A DNA stretch of 60,955 nt, filler included, from 7 parts of 7 records of this genome joined end to end with filler, not necessarily neighbours in it; one strand, 5' to 3'; shown: positions 19,807 to 29,911, counted from the whole stretch's first letter. The notes: generated by a model not told the origin, from the letters alone. Program-made: numbers and translations.

Positions 19807-21258
19807 ATGAAAATAAAATATACAATTATAGCATTGGCTATTCTAGTAAGTTATTCATGTGAGAATAAACTAGACATCTCTCCGGAATTTTCACTTACCT
19901 CAGACAATGCATTTGAAACAGCTGAAGAATACGATCAAGTATTGATTGGCGCATATTCTGTATTAAATAACAATGGTTATTATGCAGAAACGTATGGAGA
20001 GTTGATGGAGCTTGCTGCCGATGGCGGTACAGAAACTCCGGAATCACTTCGAAATGAGGCAGAGTTTACAGATTGGCAATTTGGTCCATCTGATGGAAGT
20101 GGAAATGTAGCAGCTGGATGGAATACCCCATACCTTATGATTTCCAGATGTAATGTAGTTAGTGATGGAATTGGTGAAGTTCCAGAAGAAAACGCTGGAA
20201 GTCGGAACCGAATACTTGGTCAGGCACTTGCTCTACGAGCCTTAGGCCATTTTGATTTATTGAGATTATATGGGCAATCTTACGAGAGAAACTCTACTAG
20301 TCTTGGCATTCCGGTCAGAATCACTCAGACTTTGGATAATCCTGTTAGAAGCACTGTTCAAGCAACTTACGATCAAATTCTTGCAGATTTGGATGAAGCT
20401 GAAATACTACTGAACCCAAGTGATTTAGATAGAAATCCAAATGATGGAAGCAGATACAGAATTGACAGATTAGCGGTAAGAGCAATCCGTGCTAAAGTAA
20501 ATCTCTATGCTGGTCAATACAGTGACGCAATTGCTGATGCAACGCTTGCAATACAAGATGGATCTGTTCTATTGGGCAACACAACCAACTACGATGCAGT
20601 ATGGAGTTCTGATGATCAAAGTAGTGAAGTGATCTGGTCGGTTGCAGTGGTCGATATCAATGAAGCCCAGCCAACAGGAGAAACGTTCTTCTATGTGAAT
20701 AACAGATTAGGTTGGGTACCATCTCAAGATGTAATTAATTTATATGATGCCGCCAACGATGTTAGATATACCAGTTTCTTTTCAGACAACCTGGATATCG
20801 CATCTAGCAACGGTGGGCCAAGTAGAATTGGCACAATTGTACCAATCAAATTCAGTGGTAGAAATGGAGCTCTGGATGGAGTTAATGACATCAAAATCTT
20901 CAGAATGGCTGAAATGTACCTGATCAGAGCTGAAGCTCAATTTGAGCTCAATCAGGAACCTCAGGCAATGGCTGATTTAAATCTCCTGAGAGCCAATCGA
21001 ATCAATGGGTATGTAGATGAAAATTTGACAGGCGCTGCTTTGCGAGATGCTATTCGTGATGAAAGGAGAAAGGAATTTTGGTTAGAAGGTCACAGATGGT
21101 TTGATCTGAGACGCTGGAATCTCCCCATTGTAAGAGGAGCTGATTGTGGTTCACCAATGGAAAGCTGTATGCTTGATGCAAGTTCTTTCAGAAGAATTTT
21201 CCCAATCCCTACCCAGGAGGTAGTTGTATCTGGTATTCAGCAAAATGATGATTATTAA
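19807..21258 (+). CDS. susD: SusD/RagB lipoprotein
   Basis: Lipobox SYSC; RMAEMYLIRAEA, ERRKEFWLEGHRWFDLRR and FPIPTQE. Confidence 0.95.
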   Translation: MKIKYTIIALAILVSYSCENKLDISPEFSLTSDNAFETAEEYDQVLIGAYSVLNNNGYYAETYGELMELAADGGTETPESLRNEAEFTDWQFGPSDGSGNVAAGWNTPYLMISRCNVVSDGIGEVPEENAGSRNRILGQALALRALGHFDLLRLYGQSYERNSTSLGIPVRITQTLDNPVRSTVQATYDQILADLDEAEILLNPSDLDRNPNDGSRYRIDRLAVRAIRAKVNLYAGQYSDAIADATLAIQDGSVLLGNTTNYDAVWSSDDQSSEVIWSVAVVDINEAQPTGETFFYVNNRLGWVPSQDVINLYDAANDVRYTSFFSDNLDIASSNGGPSRIGTIVPIKFSGRNGALDGVNDIKIFRMAEMYLIRAEAQFELNQEPQAMADLNLLRANRINGYVDENLTGAALRDAIRDERRKEFWLEGHRWFDLRRWNLPIVRGADCGSPMESCMLDASSFRRIFPIPTQEVVVSGIQQNDDY

Positions 21259-21261
21259 AAA

Positions 21262-22092
21262 ATGAATAAGATGAAAAAACACATATTTATGATGGCAGCA
21301 CTTGTATTATTTACATTAGGCTGTCAGGATGAAGATCCCGTTTTATTTACTGGTAGCTTCTTGTCTCTCGATGGACCTGCTTCAGTAAGTGTAGATGAAG
21401 CTTCAGGAGCACAAACAATTACTGTGATATTAAGTACAGCGCCATCATCTGACCTTACAGTTGACCTTGTAATCACAGATGGTACAGCAATTAGAGATGT
21501 AGATTATTCAATAGCTTCATCATCCGTTACGATAGGAGCTGGAGAGTATACTGCAGATTTTGAATACACTATCATTGACAATGAAGAAATCGACGGTTCT
21601 AAAAGTTTTTCAATTTCACTTCCCGAGGATTCCGGAATTGAGATTGGAGATGAATCATCAGCATCAATAACAATTGTTGACAATGATTTTTTCTGCCCGA
21701 GAAATGTTTTTGCAAATTTTGTGACCACAGAACTCGATGTTGGGTATGGTTCAACCAGTGTGACCATCACAAGCGTTGGTGAACCAGGTACCGACTGTGT
21801 GACGTTCAGGATTGTAGGTGCCTCAGGATCTCTTTTTGGTGGATACGCAGATATTAGTTATGTCGTATCTCTGATCGAAGATAGTCCCGAGTCAAATACA
21901 GGAACAGTTGATCCTACTGACATATTCAATCTAGAGGATGCTGCCGGAAGTAGCACTTATAACAATCAGTTGAGAATAACTGGCGGAACATATGATTTAA
22001 CTACCGGTGTACTCGATGTTTACTATGAGTATTATGGTACAGATGGAGTTTTTCAATATCCAGGTATCTTCAGGTATTCTGATGGTAGTTGA
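21262..22092 (+). CDS. Surface lipoprotein with Calx-beta-like domain
   Basis: Lipobox LGC; GTAIRDVDYS, IIDNEEIDGSKSFSISL and ITIVDND. Confidence 0.75.
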   Translation: MNKMKKHIFMMAALVLFTLGCQDEDPVLFTGSFLSLDGPASVSVDEASGAQTITVILSTAPSSDLTVDLVITDGTAIRDVDYSIASSSVTIGAGEYTADFEYTIIDNEEIDGSKSFSISLPEDSGIEIGDESSASITIVDNDFFCPRNVFANFVTTELDVGYGSTSVTITSVGEPGTDCVTFRIVGASGSLFGGYADISYVVSLIEDSPESNTGTVDPTDIFNLEDAAGSSTYNNQLRITGGTYDLTTGVLDVYYEYYGTDGVFQYPGIFRYSDGS

Positions 22093-22116
22093 GACGTAAA
22101 AAACACTAAATTGCAA

Positions 22117-22144
22117 AAGGGTTGGGAATCGATTCCCAACCCTT
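22117..22144 (+). terminator. Perfect 28-bp palindrome, probable terminator of the susCD operon
   Basis: AAGGGTTGGGAATCGATTCCCAACCCTT, 24 bp after the stop codon and ending at the contig edge. Confidence 0.65.
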
Positions 22145-22304
22145 NNNNNNNNNNNNNNNNNNNNNNNNNNNNNNNNNNNNNNNNNNNNTTAATTAATTAA
22201 NNNNNNNNNNNNNNNNNNNNNNNNNNNNNNNNNNNNNNNNNNNNTCAAGCTTTTATCAAATCTGAGGATATTATTTATTAAATTGCTTTTTCAAATTTTA
22301 ATAC

Positions 22305-24119
22305 ATGAATATAAAGCATATACTTTCCTTTTTTTTAGCTGTTTTTTCTTTTTATATATTACACGCTCAAGATGAAAATGATTCTGATTCTTCTGCAATT
22401 CTTGTAAAGAATATTAATAATACTATACCTATTAAATCTCTCGATGTAAACAATATAGGGTTTATTAATCTCGATGCTGATAAATCTGAATTTAATACGG
22501 ATGATTTTTTATTAAAGCTTAATCAGTACACTAGAATAAGTCGTGTTGAGAATTCTTTAAATGAATCTATTATAGGAGAAGTACAAGAGCGCGATATAAT
22601 TATAGCTGCTATTTCTTCTAAGAATATACATTGGAATACTTTATATAAACTTTCTAGTTTACTCTCAAAAACTAAATTAATTTTAGTTTCTTTTTTACCT
22701 CTTAAAGAAATTTCCTTTAACAATTATGTATTTAATGCTACTACAATAATTCAATTTCAATCTTACAATACAATAAATTCAGAAAGTGCTGCTGAAATTA
22801 TATTTGGTGCTAAAATAACTAATGCTGTTTTAGAGGAGGATGTAAATAATAACTTTAAAAGTGGTTCAGGAATTTTATTAAACAAGACAATAAGAATGGG
22901 GTATACTTCTCCGTCTCAGGAAGGATTGGATGAGGATTTTATTAATCGGAAAGTAGATTCTATCATGAGAGAAGGGATTGAGCAACATGCTTTTCCTGGA
23001 GCTCAATTATTGGTTGCTAAAAATAATAATATCATTTACCATAAGTCTTTTGGTTACCATACGTATGATAATATACAAAAAGTTTCAAACTATGATTTAT
23101 ATGATTTAGCTTCCGTTACAAAAGTTACGGGCCCCCTTCCTGTTATCATGCAGTTGGTAGATAAAGGAATTATAGATATTGATGAAAAGTTTAGTACTTA
23201 TTGGAAGCCTTGGCGTAATGTTAAAAATAAAAAAGATCTTACTTTTAGGGAGATTCTTGCGCATCAAGCGGGTTTAGAGCCTTATTATATTTTTTTAAAC
23301 GAAATTATAAAGAACAGAAAATTTGTTTCCAGATTTGTAAGTAATACTGAAAGTGATAAGTATTCAGTCAAAATATATAAAGATCTTTACCTAAACAAGC
23401 GTTTCGTGAAAAAGATGTATCGAATTATTAATCGAACAGAGGTTTCAGAGATTAAAAAGTATAAGTACTCTGGGCTTAGTTTTTTAATTTATCCTGAAAT
23501 GATAAAACAGCTTACAGGGATTAATTATGAAAAATATGTAAGAGATAGTATATATAGGCCTTTGGGAGCTACTAATTTAATATTTAATCCAATTGGTAAA
23601 TATCCTGAATCTTTAATTGTTCCAACAGAGCTAGATACAATTTATAGAAATGCATATGTAAAAGGATGGGTGCATGATGAGAATGCGAGTTTATTGGGTG
23701 GTGTATCAGGAAACGCAGGTTTGTTTGGAACGGCAAACGATTTAGCAAAGTTGATTAAGATGTATCAAAATTTAGGAGAATATGGAGGGAAAAGATACAT
23801 CTCTGAAAAAACAATGAAAGAATTTACACGTGTTCAATATCCTGAAAATAATAATAAAAGAGGGCTAGGTTTTGATAAACCTTTATTAAATAATGCTACA
23901 TTAGATATTTCTCATGCCTCTCCAGCTCCTGAAGTAAGTGCTCAAAGTTTTGGTCATGGTGGGTTTACTGGGACTTATGTGTGGGCAGATCCTGTTAATA
24001 ATTTGATGTTTATATTTCTATCCAATAGAGTGTACCCTACTCGTAATAATAGAAATTTATATAATTTAAACATTAGGCCTTCCCTGCAGCAGGTATTTTA
24101 TCAGGCTAATCTTAACTAA
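22305..24119 (+). CDS. Serine hydrolase, beta-lactamase class C-like, with N-terminal extension
   Basis: SxxK in YDLASVTK; YKYSGL, VHDENA, SGNAGLF and FGHGGFTGT. Confidence 0.88.
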   Translation: MNIKHILSFFLAVFSFYILHAQDENDSDSSAILVKNINNTIPIKSLDVNNIGFINLDADKSEFNTDDFLLKLNQYTRISRVENSLNESIIGEVQERDIIIAAISSKNIHWNTLYKLSSLLSKTKLILVSFLPLKEISFNNYVFNATTIIQFQSYNTINSESAAEIIFGAKITNAVLEEDVNNNFKSGSGILLNKTIRMGYTSPSQEGLDEDFINRKVDSIMREGIEQHAFPGAQLLVAKNNNIIYHKSFGYHTYDNIQKVSNYDLYDLASVTKVTGPLPVIMQLVDKGIIDIDEKFSTYWKPWRNVKNKKDLTFREILAHQAGLEPYYIFLNEIIKNRKFVSRFVSNTESDKYSVKIYKDLYLNKRFVKKMYRIINRTEVSEIKKYKYSGLSFLIYPEMIKQLTGINYEKYVRDSIYRPLGATNLIFNPIGKYPESLIVPTELDTIYRNAYVKGWVHDENASLLGGVSGNAGLFGTANDLAKLIKMYQNLGEYGGKRYISEKTMKEFTRVQYPENNNKRGLGFDKPLLNNATLDISHASPAPEVSAQSFGHGGFTGTYVWADPVNNLMFIFLSNRVYPTRNNRNLYNLNIRPSLQQVFYQANLN

Positions 24120-24218
24120 AATACTGTTGTGATTTAATTTAAAGTGATGAAAAGCTTATAAAAGATAGTTTGTTCATTTGTTTTTTTTATTTTAGATGCA
24201 TATGATTTTCCCAAGAAT

Positions 24219-25970
24219 ATGAATGCTAAAGTTTTTTTCGTCTTATTGATATTTTTATGTAGCAATATTATTATTGCTCAGGGATATGATATTATGGAGG
24301 AAAAACATTCTGTTACTGTAGAGATTGGAGGAAAAGCTTTAGAAGATGTAAAGTGGAAAGAAAACCCTGATCTTATTACAACAGGGGTTTTTGAAACAGG
24401 AAGTCTTAAATTATCTCCTCAAAAAAGAGGCTATAGATTTTCTCCAGATATTTTTAATTTTGATGATTATAACTCCAATACTCCAAAAATTTTTAGAGCA
24501 TACAAATATAATCTCACAGACCGATTAAAGCTTTATTTACCATTTCAGAAGGAATTTATTTCTACAAAGGTCAATAATGAAAAGATAAATCAAATAGAAG
24601 TAACCTATCAAGAAAGTGGTAAAGGTGAAACTGCTTATTTTAATGGAGTATCTAGTTATATTGATTTTGGTTCAGATAATACTAATTTTAATGAACTAAC
24701 AGTTGCAGTATGGTTAAAGCCAGAAAAGGTATCTGGAAGTAACAGTATAATAGGGAAAGGAGAAGTTTTTTCAGCTAAAATTTTTGATGGAAATCTTCAG
24801 TTTACAACTCCGGGAATAAAAGATCATATAAGTAATGTATTGTATGTGAATCCGAATGAGTGGGTGCATGTTGCTTTTGTTTTTATGCCGAATGATCAAT
24901 TATTTTTCTATATGAATGGAACTTTGATAGATCAAATCAAAGCTTCAACCATAGCTAATACTGACCATTCTATTTTGATAGGGAGTAATTTGTGGGGACA
25001 ATATTACAAAGGATTTATGAAAGATTTTGCTCTTTGGAATCGTGCATTGAGTAACGATGAAGTGTTTGAGGTCTATCAAGATGGCATATTATTAAAAACA
25101 GAGAAACCAAAAGAGGCTTTTTTATGGTGGTGGCTCTTACTCTTAATTCCATTAGGAGGTATATTTTACTTTTTCTATGGATATAAAAGAGTGCTAAATA
25201 AAGTGTATGTTTCTGAAAGTTCAAAGTCTGTTGAAATAGTTAAGGATTATAATATTCGCTTTCTAGGCGGTTTTACTTTAATAGATACTGAAGGAAAAGA
25301 GTTTACCCATTTGCTTTCTCCAAAACGCAGGGAATTATTTTTACTTCTTTTTCTTTATACGATAAAAAATGGCGGAATTTCTTCCAAAAGAATGGGTGAT
25401 ATTCTGTGGCCTAATTTTACTTATGAGAGCACTAAAAATAATAGAAGTACACAAATAAAAGAGCTCAGAAAAGTTTTTGAAGGAAGACTCCCTCTAGAAA
25501 TTAATTTTATTGAGAAAAAATGGAAATTAAGTATTCCAGAATCAATATATACCGATGTAACACAATTAAATGAGTCAATTCCTCAACTGTTTTCTGGAAA
25601 ACAAATTCACACGGAGAATAAATCGCATATTCAAATAGCGCAAATTGTTAAGAATGGAGCTCTTTTACCTCAAATAGAATTAGAATGGTTGGATAGTTTT
25701 AAGTCTGATTATGGAAATGCTATTTTGGATATTCTTACTCCATGTATAGATAAAGAACAGGAAGAACAATTTTCTAAAGATGAATTAATTTTGATTTGTG
25801 ATGCAATTTTAGAGATAGATCCATTGTATGAGAATGCAGTTAGAACTAAATATTATTTGTTTACAAATGCTGGAAAGCATATGACTGCACAAAAATTAAT
25901 TGAAAATTATAAACGGCTGTATGAGGCATTTTATAAGGAAAGTTATGATATAAATTCACTTCAAGTTTAA
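24219..25970 (+). CDS. Membrane-anchored one-component regulator: LamG-like sensor, TM, winged-helix/BTAD-like domain
   Basis: Signal peptide; LamG motifs LTVAVWLKP, WVHVAFV and FALWNRALSNDEV; TM AFLWWWLLLLIPLGGIFYFFY; then IRFLGGF, LSPKRRELFL, ILWP and IDPLYENAV. Confidence 0.72.
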   Translation: MNAKVFFVLLIFLCSNIIIAQGYDIMEEKHSVTVEIGGKALEDVKWKENPDLITTGVFETGSLKLSPQKRGYRFSPDIFNFDDYNSNTPKIFRAYKYNLTDRLKLYLPFQKEFISTKVNNEKINQIEVTYQESGKGETAYFNGVSSYIDFGSDNTNFNELTVAVWLKPEKVSGSNSIIGKGEVFSAKIFDGNLQFTTPGIKDHISNVLYVNPNEWVHVAFVFMPNDQLFFYMNGTLIDQIKASTIANTDHSILIGSNLWGQYYKGFMKDFALWNRALSNDEVFEVYQDGILLKTEKPKEAFLWWWLLLLIPLGGIFYFFYGYKRVLNKVYVSESSKSVEIVKDYNIRFLGGFTLIDTEGKEFTHLLSPKRRELFLLLFLYTIKNGGISSKRMGDILWPNFTYESTKNNRSTQIKELRKVFEGRLPLEINFIEKKWKLSIPESIYTDVTQLNESIPQLFSGKQIHTENKSHIQIAQIVKNGALLPQIELEWLDSFKSDYGNAILDILTPCIDKEQEEQFSKDELILICDAILEIDPLYENAVRTKYYLFTNAGKHMTAQKLIENYKRLYEAFYKESYDINSLQV

Positions 25971-25981
25971 TTTTTTTATTC

Positions 25982-26002
25982 TATTACCCCATTTATTACC
26001 CC
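25982..26002. promoter_or_regulatory. Tandem 9-bp direct repeat, candidate regulator site
   Basis: TATTACCCC-ATT-TATTACCCC, 60 bp upstream of the oxidoreductase ATG. Confidence 0.45.
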
Positions 26003-26062
26003 TCTTGGTACATCCTAAATACTTAGATTAGAGCTATTAATAAACTAATACTAATTTTATTT

Positions 26063-27409
26063 ATGGAAGAAAATAAAAGGAGAGGTTTCTTAAAGAAATT
26101 AGGAGTAACTGGTGTAGCAGCAGCAGTTTCTCCAATGGTCTTTGCTGAAGAAACTAAATCTCTTCATTACCTAAAAAGAGTTAACCCAACAATTAATTTA
26201 AGTACCATTAAAATTGCCTTAATCGGTGCAGGAGGAATGGGAACTGCAGATACAGAAACAGCATTACTTAACCCAAATATAGAGTTAGTTGCTGTATGCG
26301 ATTTATATGATGCAAGAATAGAAAGTGCAAAAGAAAAATGGGGGAGTAATATATATACCACTAAAGACTACACCAAAATTCTTAGTAGAAAAGATGTTGA
26401 TGCTGTAATTATAGGAACTCCAGATCATTGGCATAAACAGATAGGGATTGATGCCTTAAATGCAGGGAAGCATGTATATTGTGAAAAACCAATGGTGCAT
26501 TCTGTATCAGAGGGGAAAAGCCTAATAGATGCTTGGAAAAAATCTGGAAAGATATTTATGGTAGGTAGTCAAGGTTTATCTTCTTTAGGAAATGAAAAAG
26601 CTAAAGAACTTTTGGCAGCTGGAGCTATTGGAGATATTAATTATGCTGAAGGTTTTTGGGCGAGAAACTCTCCTCTTGGAGCATGGCAATATCCAATTCC
26701 AAATGATGCTTCTACTAATACTGTTGATTGGAATCGTTATATAGCGAATACTAAAAAAAGAGATTTTGATCCTCTTCGATTTTTTAGATGGAGAAATTAT
26801 TTAGATTACGGAACAGGAATGTCTGGAGATTTGTTTGTGCATTTATTTTCAAGTCTTCATTTTATAACGAATTCTTATGGTCCTAATAAAGTTTCTGCTA
26901 CTGGCGGATTGAGATATTGGAAAGATGAACGTGAAGTTCCTGACGTTTTATTAGGAATGTTTGATTATCCTGAGTCCGATCAGCATCCAGGATTTAATTT
27001 ATCGCTTCGTTGCAATTTTGTAGATGGTACCAGTGGAAGTACATATCTTAAAATAGTAGGAAGCAAAGGCTCTATGGATGTTAAATGGGAAGAAGTTGTT
27101 CTTAAACGCAACGCCAATTCTTTTGATGACGATCCTTTTTTAGCTGAAAAAATGAAAGGGCAAAATGCACAATCTGATAGAAAAAGAATTGTAGCTCCAT
27201 TAGAAACCGTATATACAGCAGAAAAAGGGTATAAAGGGGCTCATTACGACCATTTTGCAAACTTTTTCAATGCTATTAGAACAAATGGTAGCGTTGTAGA
27301 AGATCCTGAATTTGCATTTAGAGCCGCAGCTCCAGCTTTACTATGTAACGATAGCTATCAGCAGAATAAATTTATGGAGTGGGATCCAGTAAATATGAAC
27401 CTTATTTAA
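26063..27409 (+). CDS. Gfo/Idh/MocA oxidoreductase with Tat signal
   Basis: KRRGFLKK twin-arginine leader; IGAGGMG, TPDHWH and YCEKP. Confidence 0.93.
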   Translation: MEENKRRGFLKKLGVTGVAAAVSPMVFAEETKSLHYLKRVNPTINLSTIKIALIGAGGMGTADTETALLNPNIELVAVCDLYDARIESAKEKWGSNIYTTKDYTKILSRKDVDAVIIGTPDHWHKQIGIDALNAGKHVYCEKPMVHSVSEGKSLIDAWKKSGKIFMVGSQGLSSLGNEKAKELLAAGAIGDINYAEGFWARNSPLGAWQYPIPNDASTNTVDWNRYIANTKKRDFDPLRFFRWRNYLDYGTGMSGDLFVHLFSSLHFITNSYGPNKVSATGGLRYWKDEREVPDVLLGMFDYPESDQHPGFNLSLRCNFVDGTSGSTYLKIVGSKGSMDVKWEEVVLKRNANSFDDDPFLAEKMKGQNAQSDRKRIVAPLETVYTAEKGYKGAHYDHFANFFNAIRTNGSVVEDPEFAFRAAAPALLCNDSYQQNKFMEWDPVNMNLI

Positions 27410-27419
27410 AATAAAGAAA

Positions 27420-28157
27420 ATGAAGAAAATATATTTTTTGGCTACAGCACTATTAATGGTGGTAGCTTGTAAATCCGAAGGAAAAAAGACCGAAACAGAA
27501 AAGGTTGAAAAAGAAGTTGTAATAACTCAAGAGAAAAGTAACGATTGGATTTATTTATTCGATGGAACTTCTACTGATGGATGGAGAAGTTACAACGGAA
27601 CTTCTTTGCCAGATGGATGGGTTTTAGAAGGAGATATGTTGAAATCTCTAGGAAAAGGCGGAGATATAGGTGGTGATATTATTTACAGCGAAGAGAAGTT
27701 TGGAGAATTTGAGCTTTCTATAGATTGGAAAATTTCTGAAGGAGGTAATAGTGGGGTATTCTATCATGTAGTTGAAGGCGAAAAATATGATGCACCGTAT
27801 TATAATGCCCCAGAATACCAAATGATTGATCAGATAGGGTTTCCTCAAAAGTTAGAGCCTTGGCAGTCTTTAGGAGCAGATTATGGAATGTATAACCCAG
27901 ATTATGAAGGAGCTATTAAAAAAGCAGGGGAGTGGAATAATACCCGAATTGTTTTTACAAATGATACTGTTGAATACTGGTTAAATGGAAAGAAAACAGT
28001 TTCGTTTGTTCCATGGAGTGAAGATTGGCAAAAAAGAAAAGAGGAAGGAAAATGGAAGGACTATCCAGATTATGGAGTAGCCAAAACAGGATACATCGGA
28101 CTTCAAGATCATGGAAGCTTTATTTGGTTTAAAAATATAAAAGTTAGAAAATTATGA
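27420..28157 (+). CDS. DUF1080 (3-keto-disaccharide hydrolase-like) lipoprotein
   Basis: Lipobox VVAC; LFDG, GGNSGVFY, EYQMID and IGLQDHG..IWFKNIKV. Confidence 0.9.
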   Translation: MKKIYFLATALLMVVACKSEGKKTETEKVEKEVVITQEKSNDWIYLFDGTSTDGWRSYNGTSLPDGWVLEGDMLKSLGKGGDIGGDIIYSEEKFGEFELSIDWKISEGGNSGVFYHVVEGEKYDAPYYNAPEYQMIDQIGFPQKLEPWQSLGADYGMYNPDYEGAIKKAGEWNNTRIVFTNDTVEYWLNGKKTVSFVPWSEDWQKRKEEGKWKDYPDYGVAKTGYIGLQDHGSFIWFKNIKVRKL

Positions 28158-28750
28158 GATCATTATATTTTGGAATATTAACTGTTTTATTTCTTTGTGT
28201 AGGTTGTGGTTCTTCAACAGCATTATATAATGGGAAAGATCTTACAGGTTGGGATATTTATGGTACCGAAAAATGGTACGTAAACGATAAGGGTTTACTT
28301 ATATCTGAAAGTGGGCCTGATGAGCAATATGGATATTTGGCTACAGAAAAGACCTATAAAGATTTTGAATTAACAGTTCAGTTTAAACAAGAAGCTAATG
28401 GAAACAGCGGTATTTTTTTTAGATCTGATATTGAAGGAACAAAAATTAGTGGTTGGCAAGCAGAAGTAGCTCCTCCAGGGCATGATACAGGAGGAATTTA
28501 TGAGTCTTATGGTAGAGGGTGGCTTATAAAACCTGAACCAGCAAAAGATGCATATTTAAAATTTGGAGAATGGAATAAAATGAAGGTACGTGTTGTAGGA
28601 AATCATGTTACTACTTGGTTAAATGGACAAGAAATGATAAGTTTTACAGACAGTAAAATAGGGGAGGCAACAGGTAAAATAGCTTTGCAAATTCATGATG
28701 GAGGCGGAATTAAAGTCTATTGGAAAAATATAAATATTAAAGAATTATAA
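28154..28750 (+). CDS. DUF1080 protein, second copy
   Basis: LYNGKDLTGW, GNSGIFF, EWNKMKV and IALQIHDGG..VYWKNI. Confidence 0.9.
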   Translation: MRSLYFGILTVLFLCVGCGSSTALYNGKDLTGWDIYGTEKWYVNDKGLLISESGPDEQYGYLATEKTYKDFELTVQFKQEANGNSGIFFRSDIEGTKISGWQAEVAPPGHDTGGIYESYGRGWLIKPEPAKDAYLKFGEWNKMKVRVVGNHVTTWLNGQEMISFTDSKIGEATGKIALQIHDGGGIKVYWKNINIKEL

Positions 28751-28805
28751 CCTATTTTCTGTTTAGAAAGTAGATTGAAAATTCAATTTGTTAATTAATG
28801 CGACG

Positions 28806-28845
28806 GAGTCGGCTAGAAAGTCCCACACTTTTTATGTCGACTCTT
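28806..28845. terminator. Imperfect hairpin between convergent genes
   Basis: GAGTCGGCTAGAAAG...CTTTTTATGTCGACTC. Confidence 0.4.
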
Positions 28846-28856
28846 TAGTTTTATAA

Positions 28857-29084
28857 TTAGTTTTCTCCAAAGAAAGACTTCATTAGTACTCTTAGGCTAT
28901 AAAACCCCATTATAATGGCGCTAATAGCTAATAAAATTCCAACTATTAAGACTGGCCAATACCAAGGGTGGGTTTGGTTTTTAAAAGCTTGATATATTAC
29001 TGTGGGAGCCATAAACATAAGTGCTACTGTAAATGCAAAGTATTTAAGGCTTTTTAGGAGGAGTTCTCTATCCGTTCTTTTCAT
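28857..29084 (-). CDS. Small two-TM membrane protein (DUF6095-like)
   Basis: MKRTDRELL..LKY..LMFMAP.VIYQAFKN; start overlaps the murQ end. Confidence 0.7.
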   Translation of the reverse strand: MKRTDRELLLKSLKYFAFTVALMFMAPTVIYQAFKNQTHPWYWPVLIVGILLAISAIIMGFYSLRVLMKSFFGEN

Positions 29085-29892
29085 TATAATAAGCATTTAC
29101 AGCATTACGAACACTTCCGTGTTTTTTTAATAATTCGGAGGCTTTATTATTTTCTACTGGAATTTCATCCATTATCATTTTAATTCCTCTATCAACAAGC
29201 TTTACATTGCTTAATTGCATGTCTACCATTTTGTTTCCTTGAACCTTTCCTAGGCGAATCATAGTAGCAGTAGAAATCATGTTAAGCACTAGTTTTTGTG
29301 CAGTACCAGCTTTCATTCTAGAACTTCCAGTAACAAATTCTGGACCTACAACAACTTCAATTGGATATTGTGCTTCTTTGGCAAGTGGACTATTTTTATT
29401 ACAAGTAATACAGCCAGTAATGATATTGTTTTTATTACATTCTTTCAATGCGCCAATTACATAAGGTGTAGTTCCAGAAGCAGCAATTCCAATTACAATA
29501 TCTTTATCGGAAATAGTATACTCCTGTAAATCTTTCCATCCTTGTTCGGTACTGTCTTCTGCGTATTCAACGGCTTTTCTAATAGCAGTTTCCCCACCAG
29601 CAATAATACCAACTACTAGGTCGTGTGGAACCCCAAAAGTAGGAGGGCATTCTGAAGCATCTACAACGCCAAGTCTACCGCTTGTTCCGGCTCCCATATA
29701 GAAAAGTCGCCCTCCTTGTTCCAATTTAGGAACAATAACGTTTATTAAAGCCTCTATAGAAGCTATTTCGTTTCCTACGGCAGTTGGAACGGTATTATCT
29801 TCTTTATTTATATTAGTGAGTAGCTCTTTTACAGTCATCTTTTCAAGATGATTATAGTTAGACGCTTGCTCTGTAGTTCTTGTAAAATCCAT
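29068..29892 (-). CDS. murQ: N-acetylmuramic acid 6-phosphate etherase
   Basis: GAGTSGRLGVVDASECPPTFG and GSSRMKAGTAQKLVLNMIST. Confidence 0.96.
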   Translation of the reverse strand: MDFTRTTEQASNYNHLEKMTVKELLTNINKEDNTVPTAVGNEIASIEALINVIVPKLEQGGRLFYMGAGTSGRLGVVDASECPPTFGVPHDLVVGIIAGGETAIRKAVEYAEDSTEQGWKDLQEYTISDKDIVIGIAASGTTPYVIGALKECNKNNIITGCITCNKNSPLAKEAQYPIEVVVGPEFVTGSSRMKAGTAQKLVLNMISTATMIRLGKVQGNKMVDMQLSNVKLVDRGIKMIMDEIPVENNKASELLKKHGSVRNAVNAYYNEKNG

Positions 29893-29911
29893 GTGTCAAA
29901 AGTAAAAAATA

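Noticed and set aside
22305-24119. Beta-lactam resistance gene
   Set aside because: The SxxK fold is shared by many esterases and peptidases; there is no mobile context and the architecture suggests cell-wall metabolism.
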